Virus record (IMG/VR): IMGVR_UViG_2619619029_000002
Span: 1 to 64,000 of that record
Length of the DNA stretch: 64,000 nt
Strand: one strand, 5' to 3'
Source: a virus
Taxonomy: Duplodnaviria; Caudoviricetes
This document shows, piece by piece, positions 54,835 through 63,999 of this stretch. Position 1 is the stretch's first letter; each line of letters begins with the position of its first letter. Made by a program: the position numbers and the translations under genes. The notes beneath the pieces were generated by a model. It worked only from the letters and a program-made list of their open reading frames with translations. It searched no databases and was not told where the DNA came from.

Positions 54835-56309
54835 GCGGCACCTCCTGAAGCGGGAGCGGCGGCTGGCGCGCGCCCACCGCCCAGCGCCGAGGGGGCGGGC
54901 CGGAAGGTGCCCAGGGCCGGGCCCTCGGACATCAGCCGGTCAGCGTCCAGGGCCGCATCAAAGTCCGGCGCAAGGACGCCCCGGCGCTTGAGCTCGGCGA
55001 GGAAGGCCTCGCGCGAAATGTCGCCCTTCGCTCGCGCCTTGAAGAGGACGTCCAGGTCCTGCTTGTCCTGCTCCGTCAGCCCGAAGTCGGTGTGCACCTG
55101 CACCTTCAGCGAGGCGTCATCCACCTGGAGTTGCATCCACCGCGCCGCGAAGTGGAGGCCCAACTCGAGGGCGTCCCCGAAGCTCTCCGCCATGGCCTGA
55201 AGCTCGCTCTGGCTCTTCGCCTCGTTGATGGACTTCTCGGTGGCCGTGGCCGTGCCGGAGCGCTTGACGAGCAACTCGATGCCGAGCGCCGCCATCTCGT
55301 CCTTCAGGTCCTCCAGGTCCTGCCGGCCCGCGGAGATGGCGGCCCCGCCGTGCTCGACGTAGTAGAATTTCCCCTGCGGATTCTCCGTGGTGAGCAGCGC
55401 ATGCGGGCTGACGGTGAGCTTGCCGCCGTCCTCGCTCTGGCCTTCGCCGCCCGCCTCCTCGCGGACGCCAGACGCCGCGAGCATCGGGAAGCGCGCCACG
55501 GTGAGGACGTTTCGCTGGTCGCTGGCAGACTGCCAGTGCTCCACGTTCTTGAAGGCCAGGTCCAGCAGCGGCGGCCGGGCCTGCATGAGCGCCTTGCGCT
55601 CGCCGGCGTACCAGGTGACGAGGGGAATGAAGCCCAACTGGTTTTCCCCGCTCTCCACCTTCTTCCAGCCACCGTTGCCGACGCGCTCGTGGACCTCCCA
55701 CTGCGTGGGCTCCAGAACGCGGATGCGCTCCACCACCACCTCGGCGTAGCCCGCCATCCGCACCTCAGTCTCCCGGAAGCGCACGTGGGTGAGGCGCTCC
55801 ACCCCGTCCACCACTTCGGAGTACGCGGCAATGAGGGCTTCGGCGGGGATGTGGACGAAGTAGGGACGGGCGCCCACGCGCTGCTCGTCTTCCAGCGTCT
55901 TCACCTTCTCCGGGTCCACCACGGGGAAGTCGACGAGGAAGTGGGTGAAGGCCTTCGCCAAGCCGTCCGCGAAGACGGGGCGGGCCCACGCCGTGAGGTC
56001 ATGGCCCTGCCGGTCCACGTCATCCACCAGGGCCTGCAGTTCTTCTGGCGCAGCGTCGCCCAGCCGCACGGGCTTCGCGAAGGGCTTGGCGGCAAGGCTC
56101 CCCAGCACCTTGGTGAAGTAGTTGAAGAGGAAGGTGCGGTTGAGTCGCGCCCGGTACGCTTTCAGCGTCTCACGGGGGTGGCGGGGCAGGTGCCGCTCCC
56201 CTGCCTCGCGCATGGCCCGAGTGCCCCCCATCAAGTCGAGCACCAGCTGCCAGTCCGGCAGCATCCCCTTGTACGCGCTGCTCTGCGCGTTCACGTCGCT
56301 CTTCGCCAC
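54831..56309 (-). CDS. Portal protein (DUF4055-like)
   Basis: GGT.AMREAGE..LP…Y..RL.R..L.N…PPLLDLA..NV.H.Q…TATE. Confidence 0.92.
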   Translation of the reverse strand: MAKSDVNAQSSAYKGMLPDWQLVLDLMGGTRAMREAGERHLPRHPRETLKAYRARLNRTFLFNYFTKVLGSLAAKPFAKPVRLGDAAPEELQALVDDVDRQGHDLTAWARPVFADGLAKAFTHFLVDFPVVDPEKVKTLEDEQRVGARPYFVHIPAEALIAAYSEVVDGVERLTHVRFRETEVRMAGYAEVVVERIRVLEPTQWEVHERVGNGGWKKVESGENQLGFIPLVTWYAGERKALMQARPPLLDLAFKNVEHWQSASDQRNVLTVARFPMLAASGVREEAGGEGQSEDGGKLTVSPHALLTTENPQGKFYYVEHGGAAISAGRQDLEDLKDEMAALGIELLVKRSGTATATEKSINEAKSQSELQAMAESFGDALELGLHFAARWMQLQVDDASLKVQVHTDFGLTEQDKQDLDVLFKARAKGDISREAFLAELKRRGVLAPDFDAALDADRLMSEGPALGTFRPAPSALGGGRAPAAAPASGGAA

Positions 56310-56310
56310 G

Positions 56311-56523
56311 TCAGGCCCTCCCCTCTTCCGCGTTGCCCTGGCGCCGCAGGTGGACGTAGGCCCAGGTGTCCGAGGCCAAGCGCGTCAGTCGGCGACGGTG
56401 CGGGTCCTCCAGGTGCGCGGAGAAGCGCACCACCACCCAGACGGAATCGCGCCGGGCCACCCGAGGCAGGCCTCGGCCGCGCAGGCGCCGGCCAGTCCCT
56501 GGGCGATGACGGGCGGCCTTCAC
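56311..56523 (-). CDS. Small basic hypothetical protein
   Basis: GTGA overlap with the JAB stop; ends 1 bp before the portal start. Confidence 0.4.
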   Translation of the reverse strand: MKAARHRPGTGRRLRGRGLPRVARRDSVWVVVRFSAHLEDPHRRRLTRLASDTWAYVHLRRQGNAEEGRA

Positions 56524-57020
56524 TGGCCACCTCCCGTCATGCGCAGCGGGGCGTCCTCGCCTCGAACCATGGTGAAGAGGGCCACCTCAACGGACTCCAT
56601 GCCCGGCGGTCCCGCCAGCAGCAGCTCCAGCACCGCGGGCATGTCCGGCGTCAGCGTCTCGCGAATGGAGGCGAGGTCCATGGCGGACAGCACGGGACGG
56701 CCGCCCGGGTGCGTGTGCCAGTCGCCCAGGTAGCGCAGGCGCGGCCACACGCGGTGCACCAGCCGGTTGTCGCGGGCCCTGTCCGCCTCGAAGGTGTAGC
56801 GGGCAAGGCGCACATTCCGCCCCGGGCCCGTCACCGCGACGACGTGGGCCTCGCCGTCCACCACGTGCCCCAGCAGCATGCCGCCCGTCTCCATCGGCGC
56901 GGCGGCGCGCGCCAGGCGGGCCGCCTTCGCCAGGGCGGACTGGGACAGCCAAGCCCGGTACCCGTCCGCCACGTACAGAGCGGCTGCACTCCCCGTGGGC
57001 TTCGCGCACGCGGCCGGCAT
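56520..57020 (-). CDS. Stand-alone JAB/MPN (Mov34) metalloprotease
   Basis: ETGGMLLG, VTGPG and YLGDWHTHP….S..D motifs; TGATG coupling to the terL stop. Confidence 0.9.
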   Translation of the reverse strand: MPAACAKPTGSAAALYVADGYRAWLSQSALAKAARLARAAAPMETGGMLLGHVVDGEAHVVAVTGPGRNVRLARYTFEADRARDNRLVHRVWPRLRYLGDWHTHPGGRPVLSAMDLASIRETLTPDMPAVLELLLAGPPGMESVEVALFTMVRGEDAPLRMTGGGQ

Positions 57021-58294
57021 CAGTAGTAGCTCCCCACCCGCATGGTGCTGGAGGGGGCGGACGCCACCGCCATGCCGCCGGCGACCGCGTCCAGCCCGTC
57101 GTCGTGGACGCCTGGGTTCGGAGCGGCGACGGCTTCTTCCACCCACCAGTTGTTCCATGCACCGCGCAGCAGGTGGACATTGCCCGCCTGGGCCTGGGAG
57201 CTGACCGGCCCCCACATCTCCACCTTGCTTCCCGTCTTCCGGTGCCCACGGACGGTGAAGCCGAAAAGGACGCGCGCGGTGTAGTTGTAGGTCGTGTTCT
57301 TCCCGCTGCTGCCGCCCTCCTCCTCAAGCCAAATCGGGACGGCCCGCCCATCCTCCTCAGCCGTTGCGCGGATGAAGGCTTCCACCTCGCGGGGCGTGCC
57401 GCGGATGCGGCGCACGTCGCGTATCCACAACTCGTGCGCGCCGCCCTCCAGCTTCCGCACCGCCACCTTGGCGCCTGCCGTCCAGTCCGGGTCGTTCTTG
57501 GGCTTGCCCCTCGCCCCCACACGCTCCTCGGTGGCGGCCAGGTCCCAGTAGCGCAGCCACCGCAGTCCGGCCGGCACTTCATCCACGAAGTGGAACCACT
57601 CGCGGCGGAACAGCTTGCCTGCCGGGCGGACGTTCCAGTCGCCATGGCGGAGTTGCATCCGCAGGACAGGGTCTGCGATGGCGGCGAGGCTTTTCTCGTA
57701 CTCCGCCTTGTTGAGGCTGGGGTTGTCCTCCAGCTTCGAGGGCACGAAGGCAACCTCGCTGCTGGGCGGGACGTCGATGAACTTCGCCTTCACCCATTCA
57801 TGGCCAATGCCGCCTGGGTTGGCACTCCCTCGCATGCGCAGCGGCACATCCATGGACTCCGGCTTGCGCAGGCGCCCATGAAGGTAGTCGTACATGGGCT
57901 GGGTGAACTGCGTCGCCTCGTCGAAGCCGATGAACTGGTACGCCGCGCCCTGGTAGTTGTAGACGTCGTCCGCGTGCTGAAGGTACGCGAACTTCAGCAC
58001 GCTCCCCGCGGGGAAGCTCCACTGGTGAAGCTCCTTGTCCCAGTGGGCATCCGTCCCCATCAACCACGCCTTGCTGCGGGGAATCAGCGCGTCAGGCTGG
58101 TTCAGGTCCTGGTACGTGCGCCGAAAGAGGACGGCGGCGTACCCCGGCACATCGACGTACTGAAGCGCCGCCATGAGGAGCGCATCGGACTTGCCGCCGC
58201 CTGCGGCCCCACCGAAGAGCACCTCGCGCACCGCGCCCAGCAGGAGGAATGCCGCCTGGGTGGCGTGCGGCCGGTGCGGCACGTACTTAGTCAT
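57020..58294 (-). CDS. terL: Terminase large subunit
   Basis: LFGGAAGGGKS (Walker A), IGFDEATQF (Walker B), ANPGG.GH.WVK, WDLAAT, HDD.LDA. Likely start ATG 58294; the ORF extends to 58408. Confidence 0.96.
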   Translation of the reverse strand: MTKYVPHRPHATQAAFLLLGAVREVLFGGAAGGGKSDALLMAALQYVDVPGYAAVLFRRTYQDLNQPDALIPRSKAWLMGTDAHWDKELHQWSFPAGSVLKFAYLQHADDVYNYQGAAYQFIGFDEATQFTQPMYDYLHGRLRKPESMDVPLRMRGSANPGGIGHEWVKAKFIDVPPSSEVAFVPSKLEDNPSLNKAEYEKSLAAIADPVLRMQLRHGDWNVRPAGKLFRREWFHFVDEVPAGLRWLRYWDLAATEERVGARGKPKNDPDWTAGAKVAVRKLEGGAHELWIRDVRRIRGTPREVEAFIRATAEEDGRAVPIWLEEEGGSSGKNTTYNYTARVLFGFTVRGHRKTGSKVEMWGPVSSQAQAGNVHLLRGAWNNWWVEEAVAAPNPGVHDDGLDAVAGGMAVASAPSSTMRVGSYY

Positions 58295-58889
58295 GCGCGG
58301 CTCCATCAGCCGCGCGAGCTGGCTCTGTGCTTCCGGGGGCAGGGAGCGCACCCATTCGGGCGAGAATCCCTGCGATGGCTGCAATCCGCTCGGGGTCGGG
58401 CTCGACATGCTTCACCTCGGCCTTCACGTCGGCCTTCACCTCCGCCTGGACGGGACCGCCGCCCTTGCCGGCCATCTCCACCCGCTCAAGGAAGTCCCCC
58501 TGGCTCTTGCCCAGGAGTTCCGACGCCTTGAGGCGAGCCAACGTCGCCTCGTCTTCGTCCCCCATCACCTCAGTCCAGAATGCCTGTCGCTGCTCCCGCG
58601 TGGCGATTCGGGGGCCGACCTGCTTCCCTTCGCGCGCGTCGATGAGTTTGCGAATGTGAGGATTTCTGAGGAGCCCCCGGGCAGTCTGCGCCAGGACGTT
58701 GTCACTGCCTGAGTACCCGGCTTGGCGCGCGGCCTCCGTGCCGTTGCCGTCGTACAACTCGGCGAACCGGCGCTGCTTCGCCGTCAGCGCCCGCGAGGAC
58801 TCAGCGGGGGCCTTCGGGCCAGGGCTGGATCTGGACTGCCTGCGACGCTTGCTTGCCACGAGGAGGAGTCTCCCGGGCAGCGTGGACAC
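58287..58889 (-). CDS. terS: Terminase small subunit
   Basis: LTAKQRRFAELY..NGTEAARQAGYS…LL.NP.I…RLKASELLGK. Confidence 0.92.
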   Translation of the reverse strand: MSTLPGRLLLVASKRRRQSRSSPGPKAPAESSRALTAKQRRFAELYDGNGTEAARQAGYSGSDNVLAQTARGLLRNPHIRKLIDAREGKQVGPRIATREQRQAFWTEVMGDEDEATLARLKASELLGKSQGDFLERVEMAGKGGGPVQAEVKADVKAEVKHVEPDPERIAAIAGILARMGALPAPGSTEPARAADGAAHD

Positions 58890-58966
58890 CGTCCGCTGGC
58901 CAGAAACTCACCCACCTGCCTGAAGGAGGTATCTTCCCGCGTTCCTCTTGAAGAAGGAGTACACGG

Positions 58967-59251
58967 ATGTTCGTCGACAAGACTGGTGCGCACACGGCCC
59001 CGACGTTGAGCCTCAAGCGCAAGACGCTCGTGTTCGACCAGCGGGTGAATAAGCAGGTCGCGTGGCTCGACGGGGTTGTCGTCCCTCCAATCGGTTCAAA
59101 AATCGAGCTGGCCGAACCGAACGTCACGGGATTCGTGACGGGCATCCGCCTGATGCTGGGTCAACCAGGCGGAGACACACACTCGGAGATTCCATCGAAC
59201 GTGTGCATCGATGTCGAAATCCCCGAGGAGTGGTGGAAACACAACTCCTAG
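58967..59251 (+). CDS. Small hypothetical moron (lower GC)
   Basis: AAGGAG RBS; antisense to its neighbours. Confidence 0.65.
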   Translation: MFVDKTGAHTAPTLSLKRKTLVFDQRVNKQVAWLDGVVVPPIGSKIELAEPNVTGFVTGIRLMLGQPGGDTHSEIPSNVCIDVEIPEEWWKHNS

Positions 59252-59511
59252 TTGCCGCGTCGCCCGTCGTCGCATCCCCAGAGGTCAAGCTGCGCAGCAG
59301 CAGGCACCTTCCGTCCCAGGGGATGCGGCTTCGGAACATGCGGAACCGGCTGCGCGGGCTCAGCGCCTGCATAGGCCAGGGCGGCCTTGCGCAACCTGTC
59401 TCGCGCCTTCGCGAACTCCTCCTCATCGTCGCTGGCGTCGGCGTAGGCCAGAGCCGCAGCCGTGAGGCGCTCCCAGGGGGACTCGTATGCCGGCGCCAGG
59501 GGCGTGGACAT
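59248..59511 (-). CDS. Hypothetical protein
   Basis: High GC3; may extend in frame to 59625 with a Cys-rich leader. Confidence 0.5.
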   Translation of the reverse strand: MSTPLAPAYESPWERLTAAALAYADASDDEEEFAKARDRLRKAALAYAGAEPAQPVPHVPKPHPLGRKVPAAAQLDLWGCDDGRRGN

Positions 59512-59835
59512 CGACTGGCCCCGCGTCACCCGCTTGAGGTGCGCCCAGCACCGCTTGTGCCGGGGCGCGGCCGCGTTGCGGCAGTCGGCCTCGGAGCACT
59601 GGGCAGGCTGGGAGCAGGAGGGCATCGCGACTCCAGTATCACCCACCCGAGGTATTCTCCACGAGAGGCATACTGGGCCAGGATGCAGTCAGTCGCGACC
59701 CTCGTGAAGCCCGCCTCCAAACCTCCTATCCTGCCGCGCGCGACTACCCACAGTGACAGCAATGGTCCGCTCCGTGCAGCCAAACCACTGACACCCGCAG
59801 TTCAGGACACAAAGCGCATTCAAGAGCACCAAATC

Positions 59836-60735
59836 ATGCCACAGCACACACCCAATCTCGTCGAACTCTCCAGCGCAGAGGCAAAGCTAAAAATCAGACA
59901 ATTCATCGAAGACGAACCACTGTTCAGCCCAATAAAGATTCAAATTAAAGATCCAATAAAATCAAACATAAAAGGCATACATCAATTGATGCCAGAAACA
60001 ATACATCTCTACTGCGCAAGTGGAAATTGCAGCCACCTAGCATCAACCACCTGGGAGGCAGTAAACGCATCGGGCTCCCTGCACGCATACATTTGCGCCA
60101 GCTGCAAAGAAAGCAAGGCACAATACTGGTTTGACGTAAAGCTGATTGAAAAGCAGACAACAGGACTGGTCAATATGTCACCAGTCGAAGTCATCAAGAG
60201 CTTCGAAATATCAAAGCTTGGCCAACGACCTCACTGGGCACCGAAGATTCCAAATCGACTCCTGAAAAACCTCGGCCCGAGTGCGCAACTGTTTCGCCGC
60301 GGCGTAGCATGCCTCCAGGAAGGACTCGGCATAGGAGCCTCCGCTTATTTTCGAAGAGTAATTGAAGAGGAAGTGAAAGCACTTCTGGATCTAATGGAGA
60401 AGGCAGCCAATCTCGACGGCGACCAAGCCGCTCTCGAAAATCTCAAAACAGCAAGAGAGAGCCAAGTAGCTTCCGAGCGACTCAAGATTGCAGTCCAAAA
60501 GGTCCCCATATCGCTTAGACCCGGGAATGCCAATCCACTCGCCGTGCTGTATGGGGCACTCAGCGGAGCCGTTCATCAGGAGCCAGAAGAGGTCGCAATC
60601 GGAACAGCAAAACGGATTCTAAAGACGTTCATATTTCTTTTCGAAGAACTCAAAGAACGAATGGATTCGGCGGAGGCCTATGCAGCTGAAATCCAGCAAA
60701 TCCGCGACGAGACGAAAAAATCAAGCAATCACTAA
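59836..60735 (+). CDS. Low-GC moron: Zn-binding N-domain + DUF4145/HEPN-like helical domain
   Basis: C..GNC…C.SC; FRRGVACL.EGLGIGA.AYFRRVIE…NPL..LY..LS..VH. Confidence 0.75.
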   Translation: MPQHTPNLVELSSAEAKLKIRQFIEDEPLFSPIKIQIKDPIKSNIKGIHQLMPETIHLYCASGNCSHLASTTWEAVNASGSLHAYICASCKESKAQYWFDVKLIEKQTTGLVNMSPVEVIKSFEISKLGQRPHWAPKIPNRLLKNLGPSAQLFRRGVACLQEGLGIGASAYFRRVIEEEVKALLDLMEKAANLDGDQAALENLKTARESQVASERLKIAVQKVPISLRPGNANPLAVLYGALSGAVHQEPEEVAIGTAKRILKTFIFLFEELKERMDSAEAYAAEIQQIRDETKKSSNH

Positions 60736-60855
60736 CCGCATCCCGTTCTCCAGAAGCGTCATTCAGCCAAAGTGAATGACGCTTCGTCGCCTCGGGGCTG
60801 CGCCACGTAGACGACCAGGGACGCTCAACCTGAGCTAGGGCACAGCGCGCCATCG

Positions 60856-61533
60856 CTACCCCTCCGATTCCGCGCATACCTCGGCGGCCCAAGCGTCAAA
60901 GGCAGGCTGGGTTCGCAGCACGATTTGCCGGACAGCTTCGCGTGTGGTGAGCCCGGACTCGGACGCGAGCATCTCCAGCGTCACACCCTCGAAGCGGTAA
61001 CGAAGGAAGAGGGCGACGTCCCTCCGGACACGTGCCCGCTGGGTGCTTGTCGGCCTATCGCTCAGATCCGCGAGGCGGAGACGCATCAGCGCCTCGGCAG
61101 CCCGGGCCATGAGACGTTCGCTGTCCCATGCATCCAGGCCGTCTTCCCCCAGTGTGTGGGTGAACAGGTCCAACCGCGTGGAGTCCGCCTCCTCGTCCTC
61201 CACCGCTGATGACGGCTGGTCGAGGCTCCACTCTCGCGGCGGCACCCACTCACCCGCCGGGAGCGGCACGACACGGGAGCCGCGCCTGTCGTACTTGCCG
61301 AGGAAGCTCCGCACCCACCAGAGGACGTAGGTGCAGAACTTCCCCAACTCCGGATTCCACGTCTGGGCCGCCCTCACCACGGCGAGCCTCGCCTCCTGCA
61401 AAACGTCCTCGTCCTGCCGCCGGAGGTGTCTGGCCCGCGCGAGGTGCCGGTGGGCCAGCATGAGGGCATACCCCTCCCACTGGAGGCACAGCGCCCGCTG
61501 CTCGTCGGTGAGGGGCTTTGCTGCGCACGTCAC
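60856..61533 (-). CDS. Phage-encoded sigma70-family factor
   Basis: DVLQEA.LAV.RAA..WNP..GKF.TY..WWVRS (region 2); TLE.LA…LTREAVRQI (region 4.2). Confidence 0.88.
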   Translation of the reverse strand: MTCAAKPLTDEQRALCLQWEGYALMLAHRHLARARHLRRQDEDVLQEARLAVVRAAQTWNPELGKFCTYVLWWVRSFLGKYDRRGSRVVPLPAGEWVPPREWSLDQPSSAVEDEEADSTRLDLFTHTLGEDGLDAWDSERLMARAAEALMRLRLADLSDRPTSTQRARVRRDVALFLRYRFEGVTLEMLASESGLTTREAVRQIVLRTQPAFDAWAAEVCAESEG

Positions 61534-62024
61534 GAGCCGTCCCCTTCCCTCCCGCCAGGGGTGGCGTCACGGGGCAGCGTCTCCAGCACGCGGCCCACAT
61601 TCGGCGGCACCCATCCAGCCGGCTTCATCACCTTCCCGTCGTCCCGGATCTCCGCCTTGCCTCCCGGAGCCTTGCGGAGGTTGGCTTGGGCCACCTCGTC
61701 GAAGCACTCCCGGGCCGGGGCACCCATGGTGACGAGCGTGCCGAGCGTCAGGTAGAGTGCGTCCGTCGCCTCGTGGGCCATGCGCGTCAGGTCGGGCTCC
61801 ATCCACGGTACCGCTCGCACATCCAGGTCGCTCACATCGGCGATGTCGCATCCCATTGCCGACACCTCGACGCCGCTCGCCGCCGCGTACTCCAACACCT
61901 CCTCGAGCATGAGCCGAACCCTGAGAACCCGCGTCACCGCGTCCGGCATGGTGGGCCTGTCGGGGCACGGCTGGCCCGTCACGCGGTGAAACTCCCTCAC
62001 CTGCTCCTGGTACGTGTCTTTCAC
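61530..62024 (-). CDS. MazG-like NTP pyrophosphohydrolase (DR2231-like)
   Basis: VREFH…R.RLMLEE..E…E..D.LY…G…EV..AN..K…DGKV.KP.GW.PP. Confidence 0.9.
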   Translation of the reverse strand: MKDTYQEQVREFHRVTGQPCPDRPTMPDAVTRVLRVRLMLEEVLEYAAASGVEVSAMGCDIADVSDLDVRAVPWMEPDLTRMAHEATDALYLTLGTLVTMGAPARECFDEVAQANLRKAPGGKAEIRDDGKVMKPAGWVPPNVGRVLETLPRDATPGGREGDGS

Positions 62025-62055
62025 TGGAGAACCCCCTTCAGCTTGAGCCTCGATG

Positions 62056-62502
62056 TTACCCATGGTTGGCCTCGCAGTGGTCGCGGAGCGCCTCGGCGTC
62101 CGCCAGCGCGTTGTGCGGCATCCGGCTGGTGCTCGCCGTGTTGAAGCCCGGCAGGCGCTGAAACTTCATGTCGAAGTCTGGCACAGGCTGCATGCGCCCC
62201 GGACCGGTGATGAGCAACGCCAAGAGGTGCTCGAAGTCCGTCGGCCAGTCGGCCACGATGACCATGTGGCCCACCGCCCGCTCCCGCATGAACGTCGCCA
62301 GCTTCAGCGACGCAAGCTCGCGCGAGACGAAGTCGCTGCCGAGGTGGGGGACGACGTGCGTCTCCACCCATGGGTCGGTCGGCCCCGCCCACTCGACCGC
62401 GACGTAGAACGACTCCAAGGCGGGGTCGGCCGGCACGAGGGCGAGGGACATCAGCTCGCCGCCGAAGCAGGTGTACTCGGCGTCCAGGTAATAGCGCATC
62501 AC
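62056..62502 (-). CDS. DEDDh 3'-5' exonuclease (Rv2179c/RNase AS-like)
   Basis: YYLDAEY…LMSLALV…WV..HVVP.L…DW..D…HNALADA. Confidence 0.88.
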   Translation of the reverse strand: MMRYYLDAEYTCFGGELMSLALVPADPALESFYVAVEWAGPTDPWVETHVVPHLGSDFVSRELASLKLATFMRERAVGHMVIVADWPTDFEHLLALLITGPGRMQPVPDFDMKFQRLPGFNTASTSRMPHNALADAEALRDHCEANHG

Positions 62503-63065
62503 GGTTTCCTCGTGTTGGTGCTTCGATAACTCGCGGAGGTGGCCAGCGCAGCGAGCTCCTTCACCACCTTCGCCTTGGCGGGGCGCCGCGGCTCAACGTC
62601 GACGGCAGCGAGCGTTGCACGGGCTTGCGGCAGGTGATCCTGGGCGGAGCGCTGAAGCGTCGGGAACTCCGGAATCAACTCCAATGCCTCCAAGGTGTGG
62701 ACGTCGCGGGCGGCCTTGGCCAGCGGACCGTCACCCCAGCCCACCTCCACGGTGACGAGCGGCTCGGGCCCCTTGGCCTGGGCGTACAGCCAGCCCACGA
62801 GAGGCGACCTGTCGTCCACGCGCAACCAGGTGGCGACCGCGTCGCGCACCGACTTCAGTGCCCCGCGGAGGTTGTCGTCGTCCAGCGCGCGCGGGGCCAC
62901 TCGAGTCAAGCGGACGAAGAGCAGCGGGCCGGCCTTCCATTCCGGGCACCGGCGCCGCGTCGCAGCCTTCTGTGCGTCGGTGCGCTTGTGCTTGGCCGCC
63001 CAGTGCTCCCGCAGGTTGCTGGTGGACTGCGCTTTGATGGGTACCTCGAAGCGTATGCACGTCAC
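62499..63065 (-). CDS. RusA-like Holliday junction resolvase
   Basis: LTR…LDDDNL.GALKSVRDA…VDD motif. Confidence 0.75.
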   Translation of the reverse strand: MTCIRFEVPIKAQSTSNLREHWAAKHKRTDAQKAATRRRCPEWKAGPLLFVRLTRVAPRALDDDNLRGALKSVRDAVATWLRVDDRSPLVGWLYAQAKGPEPLVTVEVGWGDGPLAKAARDVHTLEALELIPEFPTLQRSAQDHLPQARATLAAVDVEPRRPAKAKVVKELAALATSASYRSTNTRKP

Positions 63066-63553
63066 CGGAGCACCTCCAGCACCACGCGCACCGCCCATTT
63101 CCCCGACGCGCCCCGGTGCCCAGCGATGATTTCCGTCAGCACCTGCGCCTTCCACACCTCGGACGGCAGCCACCCGCCCGCGCTCCCCGCATTGCAGTCG
63201 TACACGTGCAGCTCTCCTCTTTCTCTGTACAGGCCCACCCAGTGCGTGTGCCGGTACTGGGCGCGCTCCGGCGCCGAGTCCCATCTGCCCCGGAGTTGGA
63301 TGAAGGCCACTCCGTGCACGTCCCCCTGGGGCATGCCCTGGATGACGCGGTGCTGGACGCCCTGGGCAGCGAGCGCTGCCGCCATCGAGGTGGGCGTCGT
63401 CCAGGGCTTCGCCGGGAAGCCAGTGAAGGCCCTGCGCACCGCAGCGAGCGGCACGCCCAGCACCGCGGCGAGCGCTGACGGACCGCAATTCGCCTTCCAG
63501 CCGTCGTTCGCGTCCCAGAGGTCCTGCGGCGTGTAGAGCCCAGGGCACGTCAC
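63062..63553 (-). CDS. Peptidase C39-like (papain fold) protein
   Basis: ANCGPSALAAVLG…T.P.SM..AL…HWVG…VYD (Cys/His/Asp in order). Confidence 0.6.
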   Translation of the reverse strand: MTCPGLYTPQDLWDANDGWKANCGPSALAAVLGVPLAAVRRAFTGFPAKPWTTPTSMAAALAAQGVQHRVIQGMPQGDVHGVAFIQLRGRWDSAPERAQYRHTHWVGLYRERGELHVYDCNAGSAGGWLPSEVWKAQVLTEIIAGHRGASGKWAVRVVLEVLR

Positions 63554-63615
63554 TGGAGGCTCCTGTAGAATGCGGTCGTGGGCGCTCCAGCCCACGGGCA
63601 GGGGGGAACACCGCC

Positions 63616-63801
63616 ATGGCCGACAGCAGCGACAGCGCCGAGGGGACTGACTGGACGAAGGTGCTGCTCAAGTGCCCGGAGTGCGGGAAGGAGAAGCTGG
63701 TGGTTCCCGACTTCGGACTCATGACGCTGGGCGGGCATCCGCCATCCCCTCAGTCCAGGTGCAACGTGTGCCGAATCGCCATCGTGACCAGCCACCTCTG
63801 A
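63616..63801 (+). CDS. Small Zn-ribbon protein
   Basis: CPECG…CNVC; high GC3; purine-rich RBS. Confidence 0.55.
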   Translation: MADSSDSAEGTDWTKVLLKCPECGKEKLVVPDFGLMTLGGHPPSPQSRCNVCRIAIVTSHL

Positions 63802-63803
63802 CG

Positions 63804-63999
63804 TCATGGCTTCAGCCCTCCGTCCCGGATGCGCTCGTGCAGCAGGCATGTGCAGGCGCACCGGCCGTTGGTGCGCGAGAAGCGGCAGCCACGCTCGTGG
63901 CGCCCGTACCTGTCCAGAGCCGTGGCCACCTTGAGCAGCCTCGCCTCCAACTCGGCGACGCGCTCACGCGCAAGGCGCAGCGACTCCTCCAGTTCGGGG
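63804..63999 (-). CDS. 3' end of a hypothetical protein running off the window
   Basis: Open frame PELEESLRLARERVAELEARL…CACTC…KP* read from the window edge. Confidence 0.6.
   Translation of the reverse strand, partial: PELEESLRLARERVAELEARLLKVATALDRYGRHERGCRFSRTNGRCACTCLLHERIRDGGLKP

Noticed and set aside
55092-57026. Long antisense ORFs (also 30222-32378+, 27864-29765+, 10052-12202-, 7614-8966-, 14950-16578-)
   Set aside because: Shadow frames of high-GC genes on the opposite strand; Arg/Gly/Ala-rich with no motifs.
59062-59835. N-terminal half of the 557-aa ORF
   Set aside because: Overlaps two other genes, and the composition changes sharply at ATG 59836, which is the likely real start.
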